Shown in pieces: positions 1 through 9,752 of a stretch of DNA of 30,457 nucleotides (its first letter is position 1; every line of letters starts with the position of its first letter). The notes under the pieces were generated by a model. That model saw nothing but the letters and a program-made list of their open reading frames with translations, had not been told where the DNA came from and made no database searches. A program made the position numbers and the translations under genes. Source of the stretch: a virus (taxonomy: Duplodnaviria > Caudoviricetes); the IMG/VR virus record IMGVR_UViG_3300005611_000142, positions 1-30,457 of that record; one strand, given 5' to 3'.

Positions 1-77
1 AATTCTAAATGTGTCATTGCTTAAATTAAGCACGGTATCAGTAATTCTTATGATATCACCAACTTCAACATTCATTA
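1..77. repeat. Terminal direct repeat (circular assembly overlap), left copy
   Basis: 1-77 is identical to 30381-30457; 77 is a common assembler k-mer size; an ORF reads in frame across the junction. Confidence 0.95.
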
Positions 78-1431
78 ATTCTTGCGTGGCATTAAAGGAT
101 ATTGACTTTTGCGTTCTTGATTTTTTATAAATCATTCTCGCAGTTTCCCAAGCGATCGCAGGATTGGTAATGGTATGGAATGTAAATTCTCCAACCAATT
201 TTTCATTATTGTCAAGCGCCTGATCTCCACTTTCACTGTATACCTGCTGTTGATTGGTAAATTCTCTATCAGGGTCAATCCAATTGACCAATACTTCATT
301 AAATTTTGTTTTCTTTCTTTCGCCCTGTAGGCTTATGCCACCAATTATGTAGGATTTGTCAACGTCAAATGCAACATTAATTGTGGTTGATGTGATATCA
401 GTATCATTGCCACCATCCTCTACTTTTAATTTGTATTTTCCTTGGATATATGGCATTATTCCTCTACAACCATTCAATAATCTTTTTAGATTTTCAAGAA
501 GTTTTGTGTTGGTATCAACCACGGCATTCATTGTTACTGCCGGACCTGAATAATTGTTGTTGTATGATACCGTTTGATCAAATTTAAGTGCCGCAGTCTT
601 AAATGTATCAAAATCAATCTGTGTATAACTTAGTCCAGCACCATACTTGGTATTCAGCATGTAATCCAATAAACAGTTTGCTGGATTGTATGAATAACGA
701 TGCGTGGTTTCATCCGTAAGCGATGATACTATTGCTGGAACTGATCCAGCATATCTTCTAACATCAAAAACTTTCTTGCCAAGTATGTCAAATTTGACCT
801 GTGGAATTCCACCACCAAATGGATTGTTGTCCTGATCTTCTTGTGTCTTGATTTCCTTCCAATAAAATCTCATCATGACCCAAGCAACCTTGGGCAATGC
901 TCTCTGTTTGCTTCCCCAATTTGGACCCTTTAGATCGCCATTGACCGAAAAATTTTCAGCCTGGTTACCATACATGACTTGGAACTTGATCCTACCATTA
1001 AACTTACCACTGGTTACATCAACAACTCCCTGATCCGTGTAGATGTTATCTGGTAATGGTAATGCGACATCGTCAATGTAAATTCTCTTTATGCCAGCAA
1101 TGGGTCCTTCGCATAATGAATAAGCACACCATAGATATTGATTGTTTGTTGAGCCAGTTTCAGCATATATTAATGCACCTCCAACTCTCCTATAACCATA
1201 AACAACGGGTATTGCCACATTGGTTCCATTCTTTGTGACCGTAACACCCTGTGCCGCCTGATCCGCATTCTGTGCCCCCAAATCCGGAGTATCAAAAGCA
1301 CCAAATGGATTGAGAACGAAACCAATGATATCACCAACAAAATTAAGAATTGACTTGAAAATTTTGCCAATGCTCTTGAATAACTTCTTGAATGGCTTAG
1401 TTATGGCCTTTATTGGATTTCCGCCACCCAT
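1..1431 (-). CDS. Tail tip / central tail fibre (lambda gpJ-like) protein, N-terminal part; continues across the junction into 29244..30455 (about 855 aa total)
   Basis: Not in the ORF track. Hand translation from ATG at 1431 (TAATG overlap with the upstream stop) is open to base 1: MGGGNPIKAITKPF...IPVVYGYRRVGG...SLCEGPI...NPANCLLDYMLNTKYGAGL...MNVEV. The Met at 75 equals the Met at 30455. The IPVVYG, LCEGPI and NPA..LLDY..N..YG.GL motifs are typical of siphovirus tip proteins. Confidence 0.88.
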   Translation of the reverse strand, partial: MGGGNPIKAITKPFKKLFKSIGKIFKSILNFVGDIIGFVLNPFGAFDTPDLGAQNADQAAQGVTVTKNGTNVAIPVVYGYRRVGGALIYAETGSTNNQYLWCAYSLCEGPIAGIKRIYIDDVALPLPDNIYTDQGVVDVTSGKFNGRIKFQVMYGNQAENFSVNGDLKGPNWGSKQRALPKVAWVMMRFYWKEIKTQEDQDNNPFGGGIPQVKFDILGKKVFDVRRYAGSVPAIVSSLTDETTHRYSYNPANCLLDYMLNTKYGAGLSYTQIDFDTFKTAALKFDQTVSYNNNYSGPAVTMNAVVDTNTKLLENLKRLLNGCRGIMPYIQGKYKLKVEDGGNDTDITSTTINVAFDVDKSYIIGGISLQGERKKTKFNEVLVNWIDPDREFTNQQQVYSESGDQALDNNEKLVGEFTFHTITNPAIAWETARMIYKKSRTQKSISFNATQELMNVEVGDIIRITDTVLNLSNDTFRI

Positions 1432-1907
1432 TATCCTAACTCCTGAACAAATATGTTACCACAGTGGTTTCCGCCCTTGTGTTCAAAATAGGTTGATGCC
1501 CTATCGATGTATGTTTTCTTGCCCTCATAATTTTCATCAAATAGGCTCACGCTGTATTCAATCCAACTTGCTCCGTTTTGGTATGACCATGAGCATGTTT
1601 TATCATAGAGTGCATCAGCAAGGTATTTGTTTCTAACGCTGTTGTGAACATAGAAAAAATATACTTCAGCATAGATGGTTGGATTCCATAATTTTGTCAT
1701 CAATCCAACCAAACTATAACCAACTATTTCGCCGCCGCTTTCAACAACAAAACACTGATGGTTTTGCTGTATCAGCGTGTGCCTAATCTGTTCCTTGGCA
1801 TATACCTCATCAACTGGCAAGTTTTGAAACACTTCCGCTTCCTTGGCATGTTCTCTAACCAATTGTAATATTTTATTCATGTCCGTTGGTTGAAATTCTC
1901 TTATCAT
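1431..1907 (-). CDS. GNAT-fold acetyltransferase-like protein in the tail module
   Basis: MIREFQPTD start, CFVVESGGEIVGY strand and FFYVHNSVRNKYLADAL (motif A-like) match the GNAT pattern; translationally coupled to its neighbours. Confidence 0.7.
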   Translation of the reverse strand: MIREFQPTDMNKILQLVREHAKEAEVFQNLPVDEVYAKEQIRHTLIQQNHQCFVVESGGEIVGYSLVGLMTKLWNPTIYAEVYFFYVHNSVRNKYLADALYDKTCSWSYQNGASWIEYSVSLFDENYEGKKTYIDRASTYFEHKGGNHCGNIFVQELG

Positions 1908-2482
1908 ACCTTTCTACCCCACCCCAAGTCATTTAATGTTTCATGCGAAAATTCCATTCCCCAATCATTTGGATACAATCTTTGGAAACTGGTTAAATTG
2001 GTTCTTCTGCAATTAATCTTTTCAAAATCAGCAAATTGGCTTTCAACGGTTATGGTTACCGATGCCGTTTCCTCAGCATCCGTGATATCATATGCGCTAA
2101 CGCGACCCTTGAAAATTAATAATCCATTATCACCCGTGCTATCACCAACTGGTTCTTCCGTTGATTGATCATAAAGTATTCTATAGATTGATACGTCCTG
2201 ATTGATTATTGATGGTGTTGCAAAATTAGCCACCACTACCGGCACCAATGCTGATAATTGTATTGCTATGGTGCTGATCGCAAGATCTGAATTTTCGTCA
2301 ACTTCACCTATGCCAAGGAAATTTCCCTGTGCCTCATAGGTATTTGATGAACCCTCTATTGAACTGGTAATGTCAAAAGGCGCATCAGTATATCTTGTTC
2401 CATTGATGTTGAGTAGCAGGTATGAAACAATGGCATCTCTTGCCAATGCTGTTTGTAAATTGCCACTCAATTGTTTTGTCAT
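1904..2482 (-). CDS. Minor tail / baseplate hub protein (gpL / DUF2163-like)
   Basis: Lies between Dit and tip; C-terminal RRTNLTSFQRLYPNDWGMEF..LGWG resembles siphovirus hub proteins. Confidence 0.7.
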   Translation of the reverse strand: MTKQLSGNLQTALARDAIVSYLLLNINGTRYTDAPFDITSSIEGSSNTYEAQGNFLGIGEVDENSDLAISTIAIQLSALVPVVVANFATPSIINQDVSIYRILYDQSTEEPVGDSTGDNGLLIFKGRVSAYDITDAEETASVTITVESQFADFEKINCRRTNLTSFQRLYPNDWGMEFSHETLNDLGWGRKV

Positions 2483-3117
2483 TAGATAATCTCCGTAACA
2501 TCCAATTCATAATTAACTAAGCCATCAGTCCTATATCCCATTTCCTGTATTTCGTTATTCATTATCATTCTAAATGGAACATCGGCAACGATATGATAAT
2601 CTCCAGCACTATCATTAACGGGCACAGTAGTAATTAACGCCGGTTCAAAGTTAATGGTAGCATTTCCGGATCCATCCGTGGTTACTCCAGCATCATCAGT
2701 AATCATGTAAACCTTTGAATGATTGTTAAATCTTATTACATCGCCCGGATTGAATATCTTGGTATCATTAAGAACGCTGTTTATCTCCATGCTGGTAGTT
2801 CCAGCAGCCGCTTCCGTGGTTGTAATTAATGCCACTGTTGCATTATTGGTATATCCGGCACTGTTTTGTGATATCGTGGGCATGACCACATCAAATTCAT
2901 TCAAGCCACCCTGGCTTCTTGCTATGAATGCCTGTATGGGAAGAAATTCTGCCAATGACATTGGAGGAAATCTTAGTATCGCACTCCATATGGTCGTTGA
3001 ATTTGTTAATCTAATAATTCTTCCGCTTGCCGCTGATGTTTGTTTAACGGAATTATTTTGTTTGAAATTAATTGCTTGGAATCCAGGTGATGTTGGAAAA
3101 TTTCCTATATAGGCCAT
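2482..3117 (-). CDS. Distal tail (Dit-like) protein
   Basis: Immediately after the tape measure gene; GDVIRFNNHSKVYMIT and INFEPAL motifs; beta-rich. Confidence 0.65.
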   Translation of the reverse strand: MAYIGNFPTSPGFQAINFKQNNSVKQTSAASGRIIRLTNSTTIWSAILRFPPMSLAEFLPIQAFIARSQGGLNEFDVVMPTISQNSAGYTNNATVALITTTEAAAGTTSMEINSVLNDTKIFNPGDVIRFNNHSKVYMITDDAGVTTDGSGNATINFEPALITTVPVNDSAGDYHIVADVPFRMIMNNEIQEMGYRTDGLVNYELDVTEII

Positions 3118-5600
3118 TATGCTATTGCTCCTTGTTTACCACGTTTTTCCATTGCAGTATTGATTATGTTTACTATTGTTCCTCTTCTTTCGACAAGCAA
3201 TTCATCAAAGCCACTTGCATCAACTGTGGTTATGTTAAAGTTTACATTAACAGGTCCGTTATTACCACCCATGTTACCAATTGCATCCGCAACCTCTCTT
3301 GGTATGACTGTTGAACTCTGCTTGGGCACAATTAACTCCGGTCCATCCTCACCAACTGCAACTGGCTGTCCGCCAATTACCTTACCACCACGCTGTGCTG
3401 TTTGCGCCCTAATGGTTGCCACCTGTGCCAAACCTGAAGCAACGGTTGCCGCTGCCGCAATAAAGTTGAATGGTGGTGGATATGCTTTTAAGGCTTGCGT
3501 CGCTCCAACATAGGTGTTAATTATTGCTTCAGCAATAGCAAATGCCTTGTATGCCGCAAAGAATTTCTTATTGTAAGCCGCAAGTCCCTTGAAGAATGTT
3601 GCACCCTGTTGTAATCCAAATTGAACTTTTTCTTCTTCTGATTTTTTCTCAAATTCAATACGTCTGCGAACAATATCCTGAACTCTTTCTTCATCTCCTT
3701 TGCGTTTTAAGAAACCCTTATCAAGAGCGCCTTCAACAGTATCAAGATATTTCATATCGGCTGCAAGACGTCTTTCAATGTTACGCATATGCATTGAATC
3801 AACAGCCTTATAGAAATTTTCATTAAGTGTTTGTAATTTGTCAAATTTTTCTTGTTCTAATAATATTTCTCTTGAAATTAATGTTTTTTTACCAACACGA
3901 ATAAATTCATTTGTTTCAGATGCTTTTTTTAAATTTTTATCATAAAATTCAATCAATGAATCCTGTTGTTCTTTTAATGCTTCTGTTTGTCCTAATCCTA
4001 AGGATGCCGCATTTAATTTTTGTTGTGCTGCTGTTAGTTGTTCTGTTGCAGTTGTTAAATTATTTGTGCCATCTGCCGCACCATCTGCCGCATCGCCTTG
4101 ATCCACTAATCCTTTGTTGGTAGCAATTAAGGCATCATAAGTTTCTCTTGCTTTCTTTTCTGCTTCATCATAACTTAATCCAGCATTTGTCCAAGCAGTT
4201 GTTAATTCAGCAAGAACACTTTTACCTGATTCTAAAGCCTTTTTAGCCAATTCATTGGTATCAATCCATTCTTCAACACCTTCAACAACATCACCTACGG
4301 TATCTTTTACAACTTCAAATCCTTCAATAGCAAGATCTTTTAATCCGTCTCTTACCTGTTTACCAGTGACTTCAATTTCTTCTAAACCTGGAACAAATTT
4401 TGCAATAGCATTGTATCCTGAAATGATACCTTCAACAAAACTATCAAAAATACCTGTTACAAAGTCAATTGCTTTACCAAGTTGATTTTTAAAATATGTT
4501 GCTATGCTACCTGCTACATCACCAAGTTTTTTCAATACAGCACGAACCTGTGCAATGGTTCTACCCAATCCATTTTCCATAGATAGGTATGTGATTAAAC
4601 TTGCGGCCGCTACTGCTAACAATCCTAATGGGTTTCTTGCCATAGCAAGTGTTAAACTTTTAACACCAGTTGTCACCATCTGCAATACTTTTACAAGTCC
4701 TGCACCACCTAATACAGCAACAGCAATTTTAGCACCCTTGATAAAGTTGCCCATATCAAAATTAGATTCTTTGATGAATTCATTAAGTTTAAAGAACATA
4801 AAGCCAAGTTCTTCACCAATTGTTTGAGCAAGTCCATTTGAACTTTGAACTATGCTTGTGAATGTTTTGGCCAATTGTGTAAGTGCTAAACCCAATCCGC
4901 TTTCACCTATTGTAGCAGAGAATTTATCAGTAGCATCTCTTAGATTTGATAATGCACCTGTTAGTGTGTTAGATTGACGTTCAATACCACCTGCAAACTC
5001 TGTCTTACCAATTTGATCAATTAATTTGATAATTGATCTACCATCATTTGCAACGGTTTGTGTTGTGCCTTTGAAATTTACTTTTAGTTTATCGCCTTCA
5101 ACCTTTACCTTAATACCCAATTGTTTGAGCATTTCAAATTCGCCGGTTGTAGCGTTGAATACTGCTTGTGCGACATCGTCAATACGTTTACCCATACCAG
5201 CCGCTATGTTGCCCACGTTTGTCATAAACTCCGTGGTTGGATTTAGACCAGCATTTTTAAATTTAATAAATGCTTGTGTGACCTCATCCAATTGGAACGG
5301 GGTGCCAGCCGTAAAATCTTCAATTAATTTAAAGGATCTTGCGGCTTTGGCAGTATTACCTTCGATGGTGACCAATGTTGCTCTTAAGTCTTCAAAACGT
5401 CTTGAAACGCTGATGACTCCTGATGCAACTCTACCTAAACCTAAACCAGCAAAAACTCCTGCCGCTAATCCGGCAATAGATCTAAATGTATTGTCTACAC
5501 TTCTTGCACGTTTTTCGACCTTGGATAAATTAGCATTGATTTTACCCAATGCCTGTTGAGTTTTATCTACGGCCCTTATTTCTACGGTCTGTGTTGCCAC
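3117..5600 (-). CDS. Tail tape measure protein
   Basis: 827 aa, Ala/Gly-rich helical; tape-measure domain (TPFQLDEVTQAF, GEFEMLKQLGI); C-terminal VGEDGPELIVP; follows the tail chaperones. Confidence 0.93.
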   Translation of the reverse strand: MATQTVEIRAVDKTQQALGKINANLSKVEKRARSVDNTFRSIAGLAAGVFAGLGLGRVASGVISVSRRFEDLRATLVTIEGNTAKAARSFKLIEDFTAGTPFQLDEVTQAFIKFKNAGLNPTTEFMTNVGNIAAGMGKRIDDVAQAVFNATTGEFEMLKQLGIKVKVEGDKLKVNFKGTTQTVANDGRSIIKLIDQIGKTEFAGGIERQSNTLTGALSNLRDATDKFSATIGESGLGLALTQLAKTFTSIVQSSNGLAQTIGEELGFMFFKLNEFIKESNFDMGNFIKGAKIAVAVLGGAGLVKVLQMVTTGVKSLTLAMARNPLGLLAVAAASLITYLSMENGLGRTIAQVRAVLKKLGDVAGSIATYFKNQLGKAIDFVTGIFDSFVEGIISGYNAIAKFVPGLEEIEVTGKQVRDGLKDLAIEGFEVVKDTVGDVVEGVEEWIDTNELAKKALESGKSVLAELTTAWTNAGLSYDEAEKKARETYDALIATNKGLVDQGDAADGAADGTNNLTTATEQLTAAQQKLNAASLGLGQTEALKEQQDSLIEFYDKNLKKASETNEFIRVGKKTLISREILLEQEKFDKLQTLNENFYKAVDSMHMRNIERRLAADMKYLDTVEGALDKGFLKRKGDEERVQDIVRRRIEFEKKSEEEKVQFGLQQGATFFKGLAAYNKKFFAAYKAFAIAEAIINTYVGATQALKAYPPPFNFIAAAATVASGLAQVATIRAQTAQRGGKVIGGQPVAVGEDGPELIVPKQSSTVIPREVADAIGNMGGNNGPVNVNFNITTVDASGFDELLVERRGTIVNIINTAMEKRGKQGAIA

Positions 5601-5751
5601 TCATCGCCTCCTCGCCTTTCTTTTGTTGTAGTAAAAACCATTCATACCACAACCTAATTTCAAGGACACTTAACTGCATAACTTCCTCCACACTCTTGTG
5701 TAAAGTTTCTGCTATTCTCATTAGCAGTTGAAGTTCAGTGTCCTCCTTTAG
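5563..5751 (-). CDS. Tail assembly chaperone C-terminal extension (gpGT-like), reached by -1 frameshift; alternative ATG at 5721
   Basis: The -1 frame is open from the slippery site: LKEDTELQLLMRIAETLHKSVEEVMQLSVLEIRLWYEWF...GRR*, a typical gpT-like sequence; missing from the ORF track. Confidence 0.8.
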   Translation of the reverse strand, partial: LKEDTELQLLMRIAETLHKSVEEVMQLSVLEIRLWYEWFLLQQKKGEEAMSGNTDRRNKGRR

Positions 5752-6089
5752 TTTTTTGCTATTTCCTCATATTCAGAAACAGCATTGTTTAACTCGCTAC
5801 ACACTCTTAACAATGTTGCTGGATCAGCCTCATTTAGTAATGTAGTTTTGTCAAACTTATTAAACATTGGTTTTCCATCTGGATCCAATGCTTTAGCAAT
5901 TAGACTTTCCACCAATGCTTCAACGGTTTTACCTTGTTGCTGTAGACTAATAATTTTGCTTTCTACAGCAAATGGATAAGCCGCCTTGTAGTAGATATCT
6001 GTTTTCCATTCAGGAACAGAAATCTTTTGTAATCCACCACTTAATTTTTCCTTAAAGTGTGTTTGTATATTGTTAATAACGTTACTCAT
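5748..6089 (-). CDS. Tail assembly chaperone (gpG-like)
   Basis: Upstream of the tape measure gene; ends in the slippery sequence (..IAKN*); ALDPDGKPMF motif. Confidence 0.82.
   Translation of the reverse strand: MSNVINNIQTHFKEKLSGGLQKISVPEWKTDIYYKAAYPFAVESKIISLQQQGKTVEALVESLIAKALDPDGKPMFNKFDKTTLLNEADPATLLRVCSELNNAVSEYEEIAKN
5751..5757 (-). other. -1 programmed ribosomal frameshift slippery heptamer A AAA AAC
   Basis: GCA AAA AAC TAA at the 3' end of the chaperone gene: an X XXY YYZ pattern with an open -1 frame. Confidence 0.8.
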
Positions 6090-6382
6090 TTATAACTCCT
6101 TCGTGTTATCTCCCTAACGGTCGGTCCAAGTATACCATTAGGTGCTTGTTTGGAATGCCCTCGTTCAAGTGCGTCAATGTGAGGAACGCGATTGACAATC
6201 TTCTTCTGTCTAAATGACGATTCCAATCGCCAACCACGCCTCGCTTGACCCTTGTCTATTGGAGTCTTGGATCTTGCAACCTCCAATATATCGCTCGCAA
6301 TCCTGGTCATTAACTTCTCTTTTTCTCTTTCAAGAGAAGCAATGGCCTGTCTTGTGCCTGTTACCTTAATAGATAACATCAA
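6086..6382 (-). CDS. HK97 gp10-like tail completion / neck protein
   Basis: ARSKTPIDKGQARRGW and LERGHSKQAPNG motifs; basic 98 aa protein in the neck-tail region. Confidence 0.8.
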   Translation of the reverse strand: MMLSIKVTGTRQAIASLEREKEKLMTRIASDILEVARSKTPIDKGQARRGWRLESSFRQKKIVNRVPHIDALERGHSKQAPNGILGPTVREITRRSYK

Positions 6383-6388
6383 CGTTTC

Positions 6389-6799
6389 CTATGCGTTATA
6401 CGCTTGAACGTCTAATGCGCCGGTGCCTTGGAAATTTACTGTGCATGTTACAAGATCATCGTATGATGCTGTTCTTGAAACTGATGTCACAAGTATCTTA
6501 CCAGTAAACTTCTCACCAGCAGTTGTTGATGGATAGAATTCCACGAATAGGTCACCATCAGCATCGGGTCTGAATGCATCAGATGCCGCTGTGTGTCCAT
6601 CGTCGTAAACTACTTCCATTGAACCTGTAAATTGGTGTAAGCCATTCTTATAAGTTCTCGCTGCATCTCCCATGACAGTATCCTCAATAACATCTTTTGA
6701 ATGTTCTACTGTCCAGGAACGAACTTGAGCGATAGCAGACTCACCTGTTGAGTCAGAACCAATTTTCACAGTTCCATTTTCGCCTGTATATGTTGCCAT
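6389..6799 (-). CDS. Major tail tube protein
   Basis: MATYTGENGTVK, SWTVEHSKDVIEDTVMGD and VNFQGTGAL are typical of short siphovirus tube proteins. Confidence 0.85.
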   Translation of the reverse strand: MATYTGENGTVKIGSDSTGESAIAQVRSWTVEHSKDVIEDTVMGDAARTYKNGLHQFTGSMEVVYDDGHTAASDAFRPDADGDLFVEFYPSTTAGEKFTGKILVTSVSRTASYDDLVTCTVNFQGTGALDVQAYNA

Positions 6800-6802
6800 A
6801 GT

Positions 6803-7090
6803 TTAGTCCTCCTTTTTGGCAGTTTGAAAATCATCGTAGGAAAAGGTAAAGTTGTCTTGTTCTTGGATGTTATCTTCCTCAACCTTGACTTCCTCAACCT
6901 TTTCTTCAGATGCTTTTGAAGTTACCTGGGCTTTTGCAGAGATTTTATTCTTGCTGCCGTTGCTCTTAGTAACTTTTTTTTCTGATTCAGGTTGTTTAGT
7001 CCAACCCTCATCAAGAAATCTATTAACACGATCCTCTTGGATAAATTCCCAGGATCCGTCCTTCCACATTTTTGTGTATTTTATTGGCAT
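6803..7090 (-). CDS. Hypothetical protein (neck region)
   Basis: TAATG coupling to the upstream gene; low-complexity K/E-rich C-terminus. Confidence 0.65.
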   Translation of the reverse strand: MPIKYTKMWKDGSWEFIQEDRVNRFLDEGWTKQPESEKKVTKSNGSKNKISAKAQVTSKASEEKVEEVKVEEDNIQEQDNFTFSYDDFQTAKKED

Positions 7091-7539
7091 TATGTTGCTC
7101 CTTTAGTGAATGAATAATGCACTTCAACAATCATAACAAATTCGCCCAATGGTGGCGTCCTATCAATCACTTCTATTGAAGCAACGTGTGTGGTTGCCGC
7201 CCTTGCTGATGCCAGTTCGCGTGTGCGATCCGTGTTCAGTGCTTCTTCTATTCTTTCAATTAAGTTGTTGCGTTTCTCATCGACCGATTGAACGAATCCC
7301 TTGCGTCCATCAGAACGCACAAATCCTCTAATGTTGACCTCAATGATTCCTCTCCTATAACCACCCATGGCTTGATCTTCTCGTGTCTCATTGCCAGCGG
7401 TTATCAATAGGGCAGGAAATTGTGTTAGTGCAAGTTTGTCAAGATCAAATGGTTCTCTTGACACGAATACTGGTCTTGGTGGACTCATGTCCTCCAATAC
7501 TGTTATGATGTTCTTTACTGCTAATTCTCTGTTTGACAT
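7090..7539 (-). CDS. Tail terminator / tail completion protein
   Basis: 149 aa between adaptor and tube; MSNRE..FPALLITAGNETR..LIERIEEAL pattern of gpU/gp17-like proteins. Confidence 0.7.
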   Translation of the reverse strand: MSNRELAVKNIITVLEDMSPPRPVFVSREPFDLDKLALTQFPALLITAGNETREDQAMGGYRRGIIEVNIRGFVRSDGRKGFVQSVDEKRNNLIERIEEALNTDRTRELASARAATTHVASIEVIDRTPPLGEFVMIVEVHYSFTKGAT

Positions 7540-7545
7540 GCTACC

Positions 7546-8001
7546 TTACCTTTTTAGGCGTAGGTAGTGTGTGGGTTCCTTTTCTGCTTCATCAACCGTT
7601 CCACTACTATCCGCGTCATATTCAACACCATCACGCAACACGAGATCAAGTTCTCTCTCATACTCCTTGCGATAGTATTCCATCTTGCGTTCAAATAAAT
7701 CTGTTTCTGGATCAAATTTAGCAAGTTTAGGAAATATGTGGAAACCCAATACGTTAAAAACGCAGGCAGTGGTTAATTGGCTTGCAGTATATAAATCTTC
7801 ATCGGGTTCATTGTTGCCCGTGTTTAGTCTCGTAAGATCATATTTTCCAACATGATATGTAGGCCACCATCTAATTCTTAGATCGCGGAAAACATCGTTC
7901 TGTGCTTTCGTAATTTCTGCATCAAAATCAGGAATGCCAAAATCTAAGATGTCTGGTTCATATTCCTGTATGTTAGATATGGTTGCAAGTGTAATTGCCA
8001 T
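7546..8001 (-). CDS. Head-tail adaptor (connector) protein
   Basis: Directly after the capsid gene; start reassigned to ATG 8001 (AAAGGA upstream) because the track's extension overlaps a promoter box and abuts a terminator. Confidence 0.7.
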   Translation of the reverse strand: MAITLATISNIQEYEPDILDFGIPDFDAEITKAQNDVFRDLRIRWWPTYHVGKYDLTRLNTGNNEPDEDLYTASQLTTACVFNVLGFHIFPKLAKFDPETDLFERKMEYYRKEYERELDLVLRDGVEYDADSSGTVDEAEKEPTHYLRLKR

Positions 8002-8062
8002 AGGATACTGTCCTTTATAAAACGCTCTGGGTCCTTCCCAAACCGCTAATTTGTTTACTCTT

Positions 8063-8070
8063 GTATTTAG
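8063..8070 (-). promoter_or_regulatory. T4-late-like promoter box CTAAATAC
   Basis: Located just after the capsid-gene terminator, upstream of the neck/tail operon. Confidence 0.6.
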
Positions 8071-8101
8071 CGAATAATTGGAAAACCCATAACTTTTCAA
8101 G

Positions 8102-8131
8102 AAAAAAGGGCGATATTGCTACCGCCCTTTT
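8102..8131 (-). terminator. Rho-independent terminator after the major capsid gene
   Basis: GGGCGGUA-GCAA-UAUCGCCC stem-loop followed by U6 on the minus strand. Confidence 0.88.
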
Positions 8132-8155
8132 CGTTATGCCTAATTAATCAGTTGA

Positions 8156-9013
8156 TTAAAGAGCCGCGTCTGCGATGATACCAACACCATAAGCGTCGAA
8201 TATTTCGCTTGTCGCATAAGCCATTGTGCCAACTATTTGGTCCGCACGTTGGCTTGATTGTCTTTGAGTTTCAATTCTCATGTTACGTTTAACCATGTAA
8301 CCAAGAGCATCTGAACTCATAGCCGCACCCACATAAGCACCACTTGAAGCGCCTGATACAACTGTTGATTCGAAAATAGAAATTCCCGCAATAGTTGCAA
8401 TATAGCCAGTTCTTAGTGCCTCGTTTGCAAGGATATGGTTGTTCATTGGTGTGTTACCGTTACCAGCAAGAGCCTTCTTAAGTTGGAATGCTTGGTATGG
8501 GTGTAGCACACAAACGTATGGTCCAGGAGCATTGTTTGCTCTTAGAGTTGCCGCAGCCTTGAAGATGTCGTCAACTGTGATTTCAGCCGCACCTGATCCT
8601 ACAGTGTTTGAGAAACCTGTGAATAGTGCCGCTAAGTCTTCGTCAACTTTCTTAGCCATAGCATCACCTAACTGTCTTCCGATAGCAGATGCTAAGTCTT
8701 CATTGCTTGACTCTTTTGACAAATCAGTCAATGTAACCATTGCACCAATTTCTGATGCAGTCATTGTCACTGACGTTGTGTTAAAAGCAGTGTTAGCCGC
8801 AATGTCAGTTCCATCAGTTAAGCCTGATGCTGAAATTGCTGGATAGATTGGAACCTGTGCCGTTAAGCCTGGAGTTCCAGTCATGTCGTAGTTACGAACA
8901 AGCGGACGAATCACAGTCTGTTCAGAAAGTGTGTATAAAGCCGCTTGGACGATGTTTGAATACATTTCTGACGAAACACTCGCCGTTACTGCATTCGCTG
9001 AATAAATTGCCAT
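8156..9013 (-). CDS. Major capsid protein (HK97 fold, P22/N4-gp56-like)
   Basis: Follows the scaffold gene; strong RBS AAGGAG; motifs LGDAMAKKVDEDL, VCVLHPYQ..L and IATIAGISIFES; followed by a terminator. Confidence 0.9.
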   Translation of the reverse strand: MAIYSANAVTASVSSEMYSNIVQAALYTLSEQTVIRPLVRNYDMTGTPGLTAQVPIYPAISASGLTDGTDIAANTAFNTTSVTMTASEIGAMVTLTDLSKESSNEDLASAIGRQLGDAMAKKVDEDLAALFTGFSNTVGSGAAEITVDDIFKAAATLRANNAPGPYVCVLHPYQAFQLKKALAGNGNTPMNNHILANEALRTGYIATIAGISIFESTVVSGASSGAYVGAAMSSDALGYMVKRNMRIETQRQSSQRADQIVGTMAYATSEIFDAYGVGIIADAAL

Positions 9014-9047
9014 AATATCGTCTCCTTATATTAGCAAATTGTTGTTG

Positions 9048-9752
9048 TTATATGCGAACACCCTTTGCTCGCATAATTTGGGCATAGCGTTGTCTATGTT
9101 CTGCATTGTTCATATCCAACTTGCTTATGTCCGTATCAACCACAGTATCTTGCCTTCCAATGCCCTGTCCAGTGCCACTGCCATTTGGGCCAGCACTAAC
9201 AAAGTGTGGATTTGCTGTAAGGAATTCTTTTACCAAGTTTGATACTGCTAATGGATTACCATTATCATCATATCTAACCTGTCCATTCGTATCAACCACG
9301 TCAACGCCACCTGCCTCATTAAGTTTGATCTGACCTTTTAGCAATGAAACCACCTGTTGTGGATTAACTGCCTTTTGGTTACTTGCCTCACTTAATAGCG
9401 TGCCGTCAACTTTAATGGAAGTAAGTTCTGTTTCATACTGTTGAATTTTGCCATTGAATTTCTCCGCCTGCTCCTTCAACAATTTTTCAAACTCTCCACG
9501 CTTTTCCATCTCTTGTTGGCGTGTAGTTTCTTTTTCTTCCACGAGTTGATTATAAAGATCCAAGTCAACGCCTGAATATTTCTTTTCAAACTTTGCCTTT
9601 TCTCTCGCAACCCTCTCCGCAACAATACGATTAACATCGTCCTGTGTAAGAGTATTTTCCTTTACAGTTTCCTGTGTATTTGCCTGCTCTTTACCTTCTG
9701 GTTGAGACGCAGTTGTCTCAGTTTCGTTTACCGCTGTGTTTTCCGCGTTCAT
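9048..9752 (-). CDS. Capsid scaffolding protein
   Basis: Acidic N-terminus, LTQDDVNRIVAERVARE, coiled coil, NPHF..GSG; lies between portal and capsid. Confidence 0.85.
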   Translation of the reverse strand: MNAENTAVNETETTASQPEGKEQANTQETVKENTLTQDDVNRIVAERVAREKAKFEKKYSGVDLDLYNQLVEEKETTRQQEMEKRGEFEKLLKEQAEKFNGKIQQYETELTSIKVDGTLLSEASNQKAVNPQQVVSLLKGQIKLNEAGGVDVVDTNGQVRYDDNGNPLAVSNLVKEFLTANPHFVSAGPNGSGTGQGIGRQDTVVDTDISKLDMNNAEHRQRYAQIMRAKGVRI

